Assembly: GCA_013239625.1 (NCBI GenBank)
Contig: MU054117.1
Coordinates: forward strand, 1,056,001-1,120,000
Origin: Lama guanicoe
Lineage: Eukaryota
Length of the DNA: 64,000 bases
Direction of reading: 5' to 3'
Below the pieces are notes generated by a model. It saw only the letters and a program-made list of their open reading frames with translations. It was not told the origin of the DNA and searched no databases. Of the stretch, positions 37,846-50,060 are shown piece by piece. Position 1 is the first letter of the stretch. Every line of letters starts with the position of its first letter. The translations under genes were made by a program, and so were the position numbers.

Positions 37846-37932
37846 TACAGGGAGGGGAAGAAACTGAAGCCCAAACCCAACTACAACAGCGTGGACCTCT
37901 CGGAGGTGGAGTGGGAGGACCGGGCCGGGACG
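37846..37932 (+). CDS. CACNA2D4: CACNA2D4 exon 17
   Basis: cag|[29 protein letters not shown]|gtgagt; 87 nt. Confidence 0.96.
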
Positions 37933-38414
37933 GTGAGTGGGCGTGGCGGGGGGGCTGGGCCGGGCGGTGGGCCCCGGGGCCGCAGGCTGTGAGGTCCCCC
38001 GACCGCCCAGCGGAGCCTCTGCAAGCCCGGAGCAGGAGCAGGGCTCTGGCGGGAGGTTCTCCCAGCGGGTGTGAAGGGATGACAGTGTCTTCCTTGGAGG
38101 CCGAAGGGGCTCACGTCTGCGCCACGGACTGTGAGTTCCAGCCGCGTTTCAGGCGCTCACGGCTCAGGAGCTCAGCCAGGAGGACGTGATGTCTCAGGGG
38201 AAAGCTCTCCTGTGTCAGCCCCCTGGGAGCAATAGCTCGGAGAATTCCAGAACTCCAGCTAAAGGGAAGCTGGGGTCAGATCAGCTTCCCCTCAGTGCTC
38301 TACTCCGAGGAGCTGGAGGAGAACCGAGAGAGTTCCCGGGTCACCCCAGTCCGGGGCGCGGGCCTCCGCCGCCCCGTGCGCGAGGGACTGGCGGTGTTGT
38401 CTTTCCTCCTGCAG

Positions 38415-38486
38415 CTGAGAACAGCCATGATCAACAGGGAAACGGGCTCCCTCTCCATGGACGTGAAGGTTCCGCTGGACAGAGGG
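38415..38486 (+). CDS. CACNA2D4: CACNA2D4 exon 18
   Basis: cag|LRTAMINRETGSLSMDVKVPLDRG|gtaagg; 72 nt. Confidence 0.96.
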
Positions 38487-39689
38487 GTAAGGCGCTCACC
38501 GAAAGGATCTGGGGTCTGGTCCCAGGAAGCAGCATCGTGGTCAGCCGAGGCGTGGCGTGGCGTAGTGACGAGGGGCTGGGCGGAATTAGAGCTTGCGACC
38601 TGAGTGCTGGCTGGAGCCCGGGGGGCCTGAGAGGGGGCGCGGCTCCCGGGTGTCAGCCCCAGAGGGACGCCGGCCGGAGGGGCTGTCCTCGCCAACGCCG
38701 GGCTCTCAGGGCCGCTGCGCAAGGCAGCCGGACACCCCAGTCTTGACAGCTCTCCGTTCTCCCGGAGGCTGCCTTGCTGCTTGGCCCTTTGTGGTTTATG
38801 GGGAAAAGGGAGTCAACTTTGCAAACTGTTAGCAGCTTCTGTAAAACGCGTTGTGTAGGAAGAGCCTGAAAACAACTGCTGCTCCTTGCAGCTGACTTTC
38901 ACCCACGGGAACCACAGATACCCAGGCACGGGTGCGCCCTCCGGCGCCATGCTGTCTCCCCAGACCCGCCCGCCGTTGAGAAAAGCGTTTCCTCTTCTCT
39001 GAAAGGCTCCACTGCGTCTGCACTGACTCTGCATTGTCCTTGAAATATTTACAGATGTCACCTCCGCCCTCACAGTCACCCCCACCGCCCCCTCCCGCTG
39101 CCCGTCTGCAGCCATCTGTCGGCAACAACCAGACCCAGGTTCCTCCACAGACACAGCCCTCCGTGGAGGCCAAGCAAGAAGGCCCTGGGAAGGAAAGGCT
39201 GGTTCTCAGTGGGACCTGACTCCTTTCTGAGGCGTCCGCCTGCTTGCCGCAAGCTCTGGGCCGAGAGGGGCCTCCGTCAGGCGGGTGCGCAGCATCAGTG
39301 ATGTCAGGCCCCTGGTCCCAGCTGTTCCTTCTCATCCTCCAAAAGAGCAGAGGTTTCTTCCACGTGTCTCTGCCTTTATCCCAATTGGATAAATGCCCCT
39401 CACATGCCCCGGGAAGCTCTCATCTGGCCCCGAGCTGCCAGGCTGTGATGGAAGTGCCACACACTGGGCGGAGGGCAGCTCCAGGGCAGACCCAGTGTGG
39501 CCGGGATCTCACCCAGCCAGCTCCTGAGGGGTGTGGCTGGTCGTCCCTCCTTCCCTCCCAGTCCGTGTTCTCCCACTGCTGTCACCTTCTCCGAGCCACC
39601 AAGGGATGGTGCTAACCAGAGCCAGGCAGTCTGAACTGAAACAGGATTATGTTTCCTTTCTTGACACACAGTTAAGAGAAACAGCAGTC

Positions 39690-42600
39690 TTATAAATGAC
39701 CTAGAGATGACCTAGCTGTTGGGTAGAAGAAAGGCTTTAAAGTGGACTTGATAAACATGCACAGAGGACTAAAGGAGAAGATGGTCATCATAAATGAACA
39801 GATGGGGGATCTCAGCAGAGAAACAGGGTTTGATCAAAGACGTAGAACCACAACAAGTGATGTGAATAGAGCTTTAATCCAAGCGGGGAGACCTAATGAA
39901 GTAGTGGGAGCTGGTGAAGAATTCTTTGGAAGGAGAAGGGACGAAACAGAGGGACGTATTCGAAAAACAATGCCCCAAATGTCCAGAATTTAGTGAAAAA
40001 CAAAACCCAGTAGACGCAAGATTCTCAGCAAACCCAAGCAGGATGAAAAACAAAGCCTGCGCTTAAGCACGCCGTGGTCCACCTGCTGTGAACCGGAGTT
40101 AAGGGACAATCTTTCTAAAAAGCAAAAGCAATAGTGGAAGGAAACAATAATAAGAATGATGGCCGAGTTCTCGTCAAAGCCAAGAACATGATCATTTTCA
40201 AATGCCGGAAGAGAAAAATTGTCAACGCAAATGAAGAGAGAAAATACAAAGAGAGAAGCTGTCCTTCCCCAAAGAGGCGAAATGAAGACAGTTTAAGATG
40301 AAACAGAGCAGAGCTTGTCACTGCGAGAAATGCTCAAGGAAGTTCGCCAGGCAGCAGAGAAATGACACAGATGGGAACCCAGAGCAACGCAAGGAAATGA
40401 ACAGCGCTGGAAATGGTAAACATGTGGGTTGAGATAAAACCTTATTCATTTAACTTCTCAAAAAGACAGCCGAGTATTTAAGCAACAGTGTTGACGCTGG
40501 ATGGTGGGGGTTGCCGTGTGGGAGGTGGGAGGCACGGGGCAGCCACACGTGGGGTCAGTTATCCCGTTACGTGAACAGATGAAGGCAGAACGCCACGTGG
40601 TCGTCCCGACAGATGCGGAAGAGCGTTTGACGAGACGTAACCGGGAACAGAGGGAACTTCCTCGGTCTGATAGAAGGCACGTAGGAAAAAGCTCACTTTC
40701 AATGGTGAAATATCCAGCACTTTCTCCTAAGACTGTGGGCAAGGTAAGGGGGTCTGGTTCTGTCACAGCTGTTCACCACGGCACTGGACCTCGCAAGGAC
40801 CCACCTTTGCCGTAAGGCAAGGAAACAAAATAAAAGGCACAAAAATTAGGAAGGAAGAAGCAAGACTGTCTTCATTCACAGCAAGATGACTGTTTACATA
40901 GAAAAATCTCAAGAATCAGCAAAACAGCTGCTAGAACCAACGAGCGAAGGTGGCAGGTTCACGGAGCACACAGTCAGCGTTACAAAGGTCAGCTTCGGGG
41001 GAGGGCACAGCTCAGGGGTAGAGCATGTGTCTAACACGCTCGAGGCCCTGGGTTCAATCCCCAGTACCTCCATTTAAAAAAAAAATCAATCGTGTTTTTA
41101 TATACAGGAGCAAACATTTGGAAAATAAAAATATTTTCAAGTTCCGATTTCAATAGCATGAAGCAATATAAAATATTTAGGAGTAAATTTAACAAAGACA
41201 TACAAGACCTCTGCACTAAAACTACATAACGCTGCAGAAAGAGCGTCAAAGAAAAAACTTGAATGGAAAGATATAGCCGTGTTTATAGGTCATAAGATCG
41301 ACATTCTAAGTGGTCCGTTCTCCCCAGATTGATCTACGGATCCAGCACTGTCCCAAGCAGAACTTGCGCAGACTTCTTCTAGACATAGAAGAAGGTGGTT
41401 CTAAAATTTATATGAATATGCAAAGGACCTAAAATGGCCAAAACTATCTTGAAAAAGAAAAACCAACCTGGAAGATTCACACTGCCTGATTTCAAACCTT
41501 ACTGCGAGGCTGCAGTGACCAAGCAGGGTGATACCGACATACAGACGCGCAGATGGGTCACTGGCGGGGAACAGAGGAGCCGGAAGCAAGCTCCGCGTCC
41601 GTGGGCTCTTCGTAAAGACAGCCGGGCAAACCAGTGGAGAAAGGAGAGTCTTTTCAGCAAGTGGTGCTCGAACAGCTGAAGGAATGAGTGAAAAAATGAA
41701 CATTAAGCCATATCTCACACCATACACGAAAATTAATTTCAGAGTTACCATAGCTCCCAAGGTGAAAGCTAAAACTGTTGGCTTCTACAAGATGTAGGTG
41801 AAAATCTTCACAACCTAAGGTTGCGCCAAGATTTCTTAGACCAAACACCAAAAGCACTAAACATAAAATAGAATTTGATAAATTGAACTTCATCAAAAGG
41901 AAACAGTTCTGCTCATCAAAAGCCACAATTAAGAAGATGGACAAGCAGGGCGTAGACCTGTCCAGAATGTAAAGAACGTCTGCAAGTCATTAGCAAAGAG
42001 GCCAACAACCCGATGACAAACGGGCAAAATGCCTGCGCAGACGCATCGCAAGCGAAGAAACAGACACGACCAACAAGCACAGGAAGCGGCGCCCAGCAGC
42101 CTTAGTCACCAAGGAAATGCAGATGAAACCTGCACCAGCTTCCACTTCCCACCGCCAGCCGCGGCTGAAAAGACCGGTAGCACCAGGTTCTGGCGCGGAC
42201 GTGGAGAAACTGGAACTCGTGTTGCTGGAAGTAAAATAAAATAACTTGGGGGCATCGGCAGTGACTTGTACAGGCAAACACAGTTAACCGCATGGCCCCG
42301 CAGACCGGTCCCAGGTTCTTGCCGAGAGAGATGAAAGCTCACATCCACGGGAAGAATGTTGACAGCAGTTTATTCATAAAAGCCCCAAACTGGGAGGTGC
42401 CTGCCCCCGGGGAGCGTGCCCGCAAACCGCAGCGCGTCCGCCCGGGTGCTTACTGCCCGGCCGTGGAAAGGAACACACTCCTCACGCGCTCAGCCGCCCG
42501 GACGGGTCTCAGAGATGTGACGTGCAGCGGAAGAATCCAGAAACAAAGGGGCACGCGCTGTGGGAACAGGCACCCTCGTCTGCGGGCGAGTTCAGAACCG

Positions 42601-42790
42601 AGCCCCCACAGGAGGCCAGGGGGCTCATCCGGAGGGTGCGATCATCCGTCTCCGCGGCGGAGGGGCAGCTCCACGGCTGCACACGCACATCAGACCCACG
42701 TGTAATTTGTCACCATACACTTACCCAAACTGATGGAATGATGCAGTTAGATGTGTGCATTTCGCTTTTTTCTTCAATTAAAAAAGAGAG
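39690..42790 (+). mobile_element. Degraded L1 (ORF1 end, ORF2 pieces, 3'UTR)
   Basis: Remnant peptides MTVYIEKSQESAKQLLE, AKTILKKKNQPGRFTLPDFKPYCEA, PYLTPYTKINF; A-rich + strand. Confidence 0.88.
40997..41085 (+). mobile_element. tRNA-derived SINE (Vic-1-like) inserted in L1
   Basis: ggggagggcacagctcaggggtagagc...ctgggttcaatccccagtacctcc followed by poly-A. Confidence 0.85.
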
Positions 42791-43981
42791 AGAAAGAAAA
42801 ATTTCAAAGATGCTCTGCAGTTCCAAACTCAAGCCAGCCCCACCTGGAGCACAGGGCTCCCCAGCCCGTCCCTGCCCGTGCTGGCCCCCGGCTGCCCCCC
42901 AGAGGCTCCCAGGGCCGAGACGGAGGATCTGCCTGAAGCAGAGGGGGCGGGAGGGCACCCGGGGGTGCAGCCCTGCTGGGGGCTGTTGTTTCTGGTTTGG
43001 ACCACACCTGGTTTCCAATAGAAACAAACCTTTTTTGCCAGCCCCTCCCCCTGCGTCCTGCTTAGCATCTTATTCCACTTTCCAAAGTGAAGAAGGAAAG
43101 TCAGAAAAGAAATGAAGGGGATGAGACAGCTCCCGAGCCAAGTGCAACGCCTGGCTTTCTTTCCCAAAGGCGGCCACCGCGTCTGGGGACAGCACAGCCC
43201 ACAGGACGCCAGAGCCCAGAGCAAACCCTGCTCTTCCCGTGGGCACCCACCCGCTAAAACACACTCCCCCCACCAGCAACCCGTGCGGGGATGTGCTTGT
43301 TACTCCCGACGTGCAGACAAGAGCTGCGATGCCCAGGAGGGTGGAGCCACGTACCCAAGAGCATGCAGCCTGGAAGTGGCCGGCGGGGCCTCGACCCAGG
43401 TCTGTCTGTGCGTGTGCACTTGGCCACTGAGCGCAGCCCTGGCTGCCCTGACTGGTGTGAATCCAACTGAAACCTGAAAATTCACGGCAGCTTTGAAAGG
43501 AAACAGACGTCGTAATGGGCAGGTGGCCCTGCAGGGGTCTGTGCTCCAGAGCGAGGGAGGGGAAGGTGGGTTGTGCAGGTGTGCGCTCCAGCGGCAGTCT
43601 CCCGCGGGCCCACCTGGACCTCAGTCACGGCCCGCACCTCGCTGCCCGGCACTGTGGCCATCAGCCACCCAGACTCTCTAGATTTCAGTCTCTGTTAACT
43701 GCCATTAACTAAAACTTGAAACTTCCGTTCCTGAGTCACACGTCAGAGGCTGGTGGCCCCGAATGGGACGGCGTGGGTCTGGGGCGTGGCTTTTCAGTCG
43801 GGCAACCCCAAGGGCTGCTGTGTGCTGGCAGGTGGTGGCTCTGCCTGGGGCGTCACCGAGAGGAGGCGTGTGGGCGGCAGGTGGTGGGTAAGGGGGGAGC
43901 GCACCAAGTGTCAGATGGGGAGGGAGGTGATGGTTGGAGACCCTCTCCCCAGCAGGCACCCTTTCCTGGTGTCTCTTTCAG

Positions 43982-44043
43982 AAGCGAGTCCTTTTCCTGA
44001 CCAACGACTACTTCTTCACGGACATCAGTGACACGCCTTTCAG
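43982..44043 (+). CDS. CACNA2D4: CACNA2D4 exon 19
   Basis: cag|[22 protein letters not shown]|gtgagg; 62 nt. Confidence 0.96.
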
Positions 44044-44224
44044 GTGAGGGGCCCAGGCCTCACCTTCAGGGGGAGGTGAGGATGGAACGGGAATGTCAGC
44101 AGTGCAGGTGGGACTTTCATGTCTGGGGGATTGACTCTTAGGCAGTTGGCAATTTTGTGGTAACAGAAAAAGACTCAGGTTTGCATTCAGGAAACTTGAG
44201 GTCTGCACCGGCTTTGCCAGTGTA

Positions 44225-44415
44225 GCCTGATGTTCAGTGTGGCCTAGTGTGCTGGGTCTGAAGCTAAACTAACTGGGTTGGAATCCTAACTCTACCACTT
44301 CCAGGCTGTGTGACCTTAGGCAAGTTACTTAACCTCTCTGTGCCTTACGGTCCTCATCTGTAAAATGGGCGTCATAATGGCTGCTTCTTGGCGGTATTGG
44401 GAGGGTGAAATGACA
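44225..44415 (+). mobile_element. MIR SINE
   Basis: ctgtgtgaccttaggcaagttacttaacctctctgtgcct...ctcatctgtaaaatggg core. Confidence 0.9.
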
Positions 44416-45006
44416 TATTCTACTCAGAGATTTTAAAGCCATGCATTGTAAGATGGAAGATCTAACATGAAGATCTCTCAGGTCCCCTCTGACTTACAAA
44501 TACTCAGCTTCAGCAGCCTGCAAACTGGGGGCAAATGGCCCTTCTCTCTGAAGCTCCTCATTTCTCAGTGAAGGGCGGCTCCCTGCCCTGACTGCTGACT
44601 GGAGCGCCTGCAGGTCACTGTAGAACTCCTGGCCCCAGGCCCTTGTTGGTCACTCAGGACCCTGGAGAGGCGCCCAGGCACCAGTGCCTTCAGCGCGCCC
44701 TCGGTGTTGCCCACATCCAGCCAAGGGGTTGGCAGCCACATTCTTCCCGGAGGGAGAGAGCTTTCCCTTCCCTGGGGCCCTGAGAGGTCCAGGGCGAATC
44801 TGACTACGCCGGAAGCGGAGGGGGTTGGCCTGTGGCTTCCTTCTCAGGAAGAAGGCCCGTGACAAGACGCGGTGCTGTGTCAGCTTGGAAGGGACCCTGG
44901 GAGCAGGCGGGAGGGCCGGGGCGCACTGCCCTGGGCACGGGGAGGAAGCGGCCGGCAGCGGCGGGCAGGCGCTGCTGGTGAGAGCCGCCCCCTGCTCTGC
45001 CCGCAG

Positions 45007-45074
45007 TCTGGGAGTGGTGCTGTCCCGCGGCCACGGGGAGTACATTCTCCTGGGAAACACGTCTGTGGAAGAAG
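45007..45074 (+). CDS. CACNA2D4: CACNA2D4 exon 20
   Basis: cag|(S)LGVVLSRGHGEYILLGNTSVEE G|gtgggt; 68 nt. Confidence 0.96.
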
Positions 45075-46140
45075 GTGGGTCAGCTGGTGGGCAGCTGGGG
45101 AAACTGGGTTCCCCTGGGACACTGGGTGGGCCGGTCGGACAGGCTCCCGGGGCAGGGCACACGGCCCGCAGGGGTCTGTGTGCCCCGGGTACCCAGGGCC
45201 TGCAGCACCTGCCGGTCAGTGGAGGCTGAGACCTGCCAGCTGGTCCTCCTTGCTCTCACCTTCTGTGGAGGGATCTTTCTGGAAATCCTCACTGCGCCTT
45301 CCATGGCCTCCCACACCTCCTTCTTGTCCTGGCACTCAGCGTCAGGGTCTGCCCCGTGCATGCTCCCCCTGGAAATGCTCACCTCTGCTGCCCAGTCCAG
45401 TCCATCTGGATGCATCTGAGGGAGCCCCGTCTCCCTGGCGGCCTGCTCCCGCGTGGCCCTGCCTTCACCCCCCATGCCCCATGTCCATGCTGCCGGAGCG
45501 CTGCCCTCCATTGCCCCAGCAGCTGAGCTCCCTGGGCCTCCTCCTTCCTGTGCGTTTTCTCCCCTTCCCAGGTGTGCCCGGGTGCCACCACCGCAGGGGC
45601 AGGGGGCCTCCCTAACCCTCCTCCAGGTGAGGCCCACCTGTGGTCCAGGGGCGCAGGGCCCCGGACTCGCCGGGCTTCCTGAGGGGAAGGGGCGCCCTCT
45701 GAGCTACCTGCCTGAGTCTCTGTGCATCCAGCACCACGTGCGGTGCCTCCACGCAGCCTTGGCACTCCCAGCCCCCTTTCCTCCAATTGTCAAACCTTAA
45801 TTGAGCACCTGCTTATCTTTGAGTCCTGATGGGTGCGCAGGAGGGCGTTTGTTCATGCAGTCGACAAACACGTGCTGAGCACGTGGCTGTGGAGCTTACA
45901 CAGCTGCGCGTGGCCCTGTGGTCAGTGGGTACGATGAAGCCAGTGAGGCCAAAGTCTCTGCTGAGGCCGGTCCTGGCTGGTGGGGCTCAGACCTCAGATG
46001 CGGGCAGCAGGAAGGGAGGCGCTCCAGGAGCAGCAGGCACCCACCTGTGGCTTGAGCTCCTGCTCTGACTCAGGACCACGGCTCGGGGGCCCATCTTCAG
46101 CAGTGGGTGAGCACTGACCGAGCATGGACTCTGGTTTCAG

Positions 46141-46186
46141 GCCTGCACGACCTGCTCCACCCGGACCTGAGCCTGGCGGGTGACTG
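46141..46186 (+). CDS. CACNA2D4: CACNA2D4 exon 21
   Basis: cag|(G)[16 protein letters not shown]|gtgagc; 46 nt. Confidence 0.95.
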
Positions 46187-46265
46187 GTGAGCGGGGCAGG
46201 ACGCTGGCGGGGCGGGGAGCGGCCGGGGGTGATGCTCTGAGTGATGGGGCTCCGCTGGGTTCCAG

Positions 46266-46363
46266 GATCTACTGCGTCACGGACATCGACCCCGACCACC
46301 GGAAGCTCAGCCAGCTGGAGGCTGTGGTCCGCTTCCTGACCGGGCAGGACCTGGCCCTGGAGT
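46266..46363 (+). CDS. CACNA2D4: CACNA2D4 exon 22
   Basis: cag|(W)[33 protein letters not shown]|gtgagt; 98 nt. Confidence 0.95.
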
Positions 46364-46446
46364 GTGAGTTTCCCTCCGGGCCTGGCCTTGGGACTTGCGG
46401 GGGCAGGGGCTGGGCGGGGGTGGGGGGTCCTGTCTGTGGAACTCAG

Positions 46447-46694
46447 ATGGCTCAGGGAGGACAGCCGGCCTCCACGTCTTGCCCCAGGTGATGAGGAGCT
46501 GCTGCAGGAGGTGCTGTTTGATGCGGTGGTGACAGCGCCCATGGAGGCCTACTGGACGGCGCTGGCCCTAATGGCTCAGGGAAAACAGCAGGCCTCCACG
46601 TCTTGCCCCAGGTGATGAGGAGCTGCTGCAGGAGGTGCTGTTTGATGCGGTGGTGACAGCGCCCATGGAGGCCTACTGGACGGCGCTGGCCCTC
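46447..46694 (+). repeat. Two-copy 124-bp tandem duplication of intron 22 end and most of exon 23
   Basis: 46447-46570 vs 46571-46694: exonic parts identical, 3 substitutions in the intronic part (gaggacagcc vs gaaaacagca), 1 at the last base. Confidence 0.95.
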
Positions 46695-46705
46695 AACATC
46701 TCTGA
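46612..46705 (+). CDS. CACNA2D4: CACNA2D4 exon 23 (complete copy)
   Basis: cag|(C)[32 protein letters not shown]|gtacgt; 94 nt; only this copy keeps the frame. Confidence 0.9.
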
Positions 46706-48137
46706 GTACGTCCCGCCCGGGGGCCCCTCCCACCGCCGGGCCGCGTCCTCTGGCTTGAGATGAGGGTGGGAAGATGTGGGAGTGACGGCGACCTTCATGG
46801 CCCCAGCAGGCAAGGGCTTGGCACAGCGTCCACTGGGCACAGGTCCAAATTCCCCACCCCACACCGCATTAGCCGTTCCAAGAACCCCTCTGGGTGGCTC
46901 CAGCTGTGACAGCCCGTTAGCCAAAGTGCCCTGGAGAGAGTGGTGCAGCAGAGGGGGGCCCGTTTCCAGCAGGTGAGGTCGAGACCCCGTGACGGACAGG
47001 CTTGACCTCAGCGAATCCTAGCCCTCAGGGTTTCCTCTCTCCCTCCGCTCACCTGCAGCTGGTGCTCTGGCGTCTGGTGGGAAGGTAGGAGGAAGAGGTG
47101 GGGGATGTGAGCGTGCGTGTGTGTGCGTGAGTGTGTGCACACGCACGTCGGGAGGGTGTTGATTAAGATGTTAATGAGGTGAACACAGAATACACCTTGT
47201 TCCTGAGCAATGAGATTCAGCTTCTGACTGACGAGGCCGGCAGAACTCTCCTGGACGCTCGGGAAATTGATGACTGCTGGCCCAGTGAAGACACCAGAAC
47301 TTTATAGGAACCAGCACCTACTGAGAAAGCAGCGTGCAGAACGCAGCGCGCAAGTGCCACCGTTTCTGTTGAAGGGGGCTCACGTGTGAGTGCGTGGGTG
47401 CGTGTGTGTGTTCTATCTATGGAAGGCTCTGTGGGAGACAGTTCTCGTTGGTTGCTTCTGGTTAGAAAAAAATGGGTAACTGAAACGGAGGGAGGGGCAC
47501 TTTTCACTGTCTATGTTTTGGGTACAATTTTGAACCATGTGAATGTGTTACGGATGCAAAATTAGATAAAACTAAAGAACGAAAAAGAACACAGGGGGCC
47601 AGGCGCTGCCCCAGGCGCTCCGTGCGCTTTAGGCCAGGCGTCCTGACGGCGGCCCTGCAGCGCAGCTGCTGTCATCATCCGCGTGAGGTGAGGCAACCAG
47701 GGCAGAGCGAGAGGGACAGCCGGCCCGTCGGTGCCGAGCGGGACTCAGAGCCGGGCAGCCCGGTTCCCGGGTCCAGGCCCTCACGCCCGTGCTGCCCCGC
47801 CCGCTGGGTCGCCAGGTGTGGAGAGGAGGCCCGCGGTCTTTGTCTTCCCAAGTTCACAAGTTGGCTGATGCCTTTCATGTTGGGAAACATCGAGGAGCAA
47901 GTATTCTTATCCGGGGACCGATCGAGACGGCGCGGCACCGGCAGGAAAACAGACACAGAGGTGGATGGAACTGACTGAGAGCACAGAAATAAATCCATGG
48001 GTACATGACAGCAGATACTTGAAAAAGGAGCGAAAAGCACGGAGTGGAGAAAGCGCAGGGAGACGTCGCTGAGGCTGGGATCACGGGGCCTACTGCCTGT
48101 GTTTTCTCCCAGGAGTTTTATTTTTAAACCTTGTTTC

Positions 48138-48224
48138 ATTTTTTCACGGAGGCACCAGGGATGGAAGCCAGGACCTCGTGCATGCTCAGCATGTGCTCTA
48201 CTGCTGAGCTATGCCCTTCCCCCC
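48138..48224 (-). mobile_element. tRNA-derived SINE (Vic-1-like)
   Basis: Reverse complement gggggaagggcatagctcagcagtagagcacatgctgagcatgcacgaggtcctgg. Confidence 0.85.
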
Positions 48225-49918
48225 AAAGGTGATAACCTTTATCTGTGCAAACCAAAGCAAGATAAAAGACATTATGTGAGAAGGCATATTTAGGCAAGCA
48301 AAAAAAAGTGTGACAACACACCTAGGCATGAAGCACGAGAGGTTCCCCACGCGTGTGCAGGAGACTCGTGGGACACTCCTGAAAGACACAGAAGCAGACT
48401 CGAGCAAACGGGAGACGCTCGGTGTTTTCGGTCAGGGAGACTCTGCGCTGCGGAGAGAGCGCCTCCCTGAGGAAACCTGTAAATTCACAGCGTTCCCCGT
48501 GCAAACGCCACCAGGGTTTTTCTGGATCCAGAGAAACTGATTATGAAGTTCATTTGGAAGACCAGGCGAGAACAGCCAGGAAAACACTGGGAAGACAGGA
48601 AGGCTGGTCCCACCGAGAGAGTGACCCGTGTTACAGAAGCTCTGCTGTTGTGAGGTGTGCTGCCGACCCGGGAGTGGGCGGGCAGGCCAGGGCGATGGGA
48701 AGGAAGATCCAGAAATTCGTCTGGGTGCCGTGGACGCGGCACAGACACGCCATGTCAGCCCATCGAGGGAGAGGTGGACGTCGAGCACCGGCTGGCCCGC
48801 GAGCCACGTGGGGAGTGATGGCATCGTACACACGCCCGGAGGACGTCCAGACGGGTCCAATCTCAGCATGAGAAGTGAAGCCGTACAGGCCCCCAGAGAA
48901 GACAAGAGCCAGCTGCTCTGAAACCGAGGCATGGGGGGCCTCTCCCCACGGCGACCCAGGATTCAGAAGCTTTAAGAGGACGGCTGATAAACTTAGCAAC
49001 GTGAAGCGTTTATGTGGCAGAAAGTAAGAGCGTGAGCAAGGTGAGCAGAGAAATGACAAACTGGAAAGGTGCAGCCGCTTACAAACGAAGAAAGGGCAAC
49101 TGTCCCTAAATCACACATTCATGATGGACAAAGAGCCTCAAAACTAAGAAGCAAAGGACCGACCACGTGCAGGGAAAGGACCAGGAGACGCGCTGCTTCA
49201 CGGGGTGCCTGCAGCTGGCCCTGGACTGCAGGAAGAGTGCTTGGTCCAGCTCGTCGTGAGAGGGCTGCAAATCGGAACTGGACCGAGGTGGTCCTTGTCA
49301 CTTAGACCGACCACCACCTACATCGGTCGACGGGCACCGTTACCCGGCTGCGGGGGGCCAGGCCCTTCGTGGACTGGGAGTCGGTGGGAATATGAAATGT
49401 TTCACAGCCTCTGGAGGGGCATCTGACAACCTAACAAGATGGCACATGCATCTCCACTTTGAGCAGCAGCCCCGCTCCTGGAACACATCCCAGAGACGTC
49501 ACATGCCCTAATCAGCATGGCACCGTTTATAACAGGAACAGTTTGGGAGTAACCTAAATGTCCATCAGTAGGAGCCTGGGCAGATGCACCTAAGGGAATA
49601 CCACGTAGCCGTGAAAAGTGAGGACTCTCTCTCCTGCTACGGAAGAGCTCAGCTACGGAGAGAAGTATGTGTAACAGTCCACAGTTTTGTCTGAAGGAGG
49701 AAATGCAAATGTATCTTCACACACGTGCATAAACTTACACGTATGTGTGTGTGTGTGAACGTGTACAAGTCTTTAACCAAGTAATAAACCAGCAAACAAA
49801 AAAGTTACTTTCAGGAAGAGTGAAGGAGCAGGATGGAGACAGACGGACTTCGGGATACACCGTAGTTTGCATGTTTGACTTTGGAACCGTGTAAGTGCTT
49901 TACATTGTTATGTAAAGC

Positions 49919-50060
49919 GGGGGTGGGGGGGAGGGCATAGCTCAAGTGGCCGAGCGCGTGCCTAGCGCGCCCAGGGTCCTGGGTCCGGTCCCAGTGCTCC
50001 CTCCAAACGTGGGCAAATAAATGAACCTATTTCCCCCCAAATAAAAAACAAAATAAAAAG
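49919..50060 (+). mobile_element. tRNA-derived SINE (Vic-1-like, long tail)
   Basis: gagggcatagctcaagtggccgagcg...gtcctgggt...aaataaatgaacctatttcccccc plus A-rich tail. Confidence 0.8.

Noticed and set aside
39690..42790. Functional L1 ORF2 or domesticated reverse transcriptase
   Set aside because: Fragmented by stops, frameshifts, deletions and a SINE insertion
46488..46569. Copy 1 of exon 23 as a mutually exclusive alternative exon
   Set aside because: It lacks the final 12 nt and the donor of exon 23 and is identical in coding sequence, so it cannot act as a standalone alternative exon
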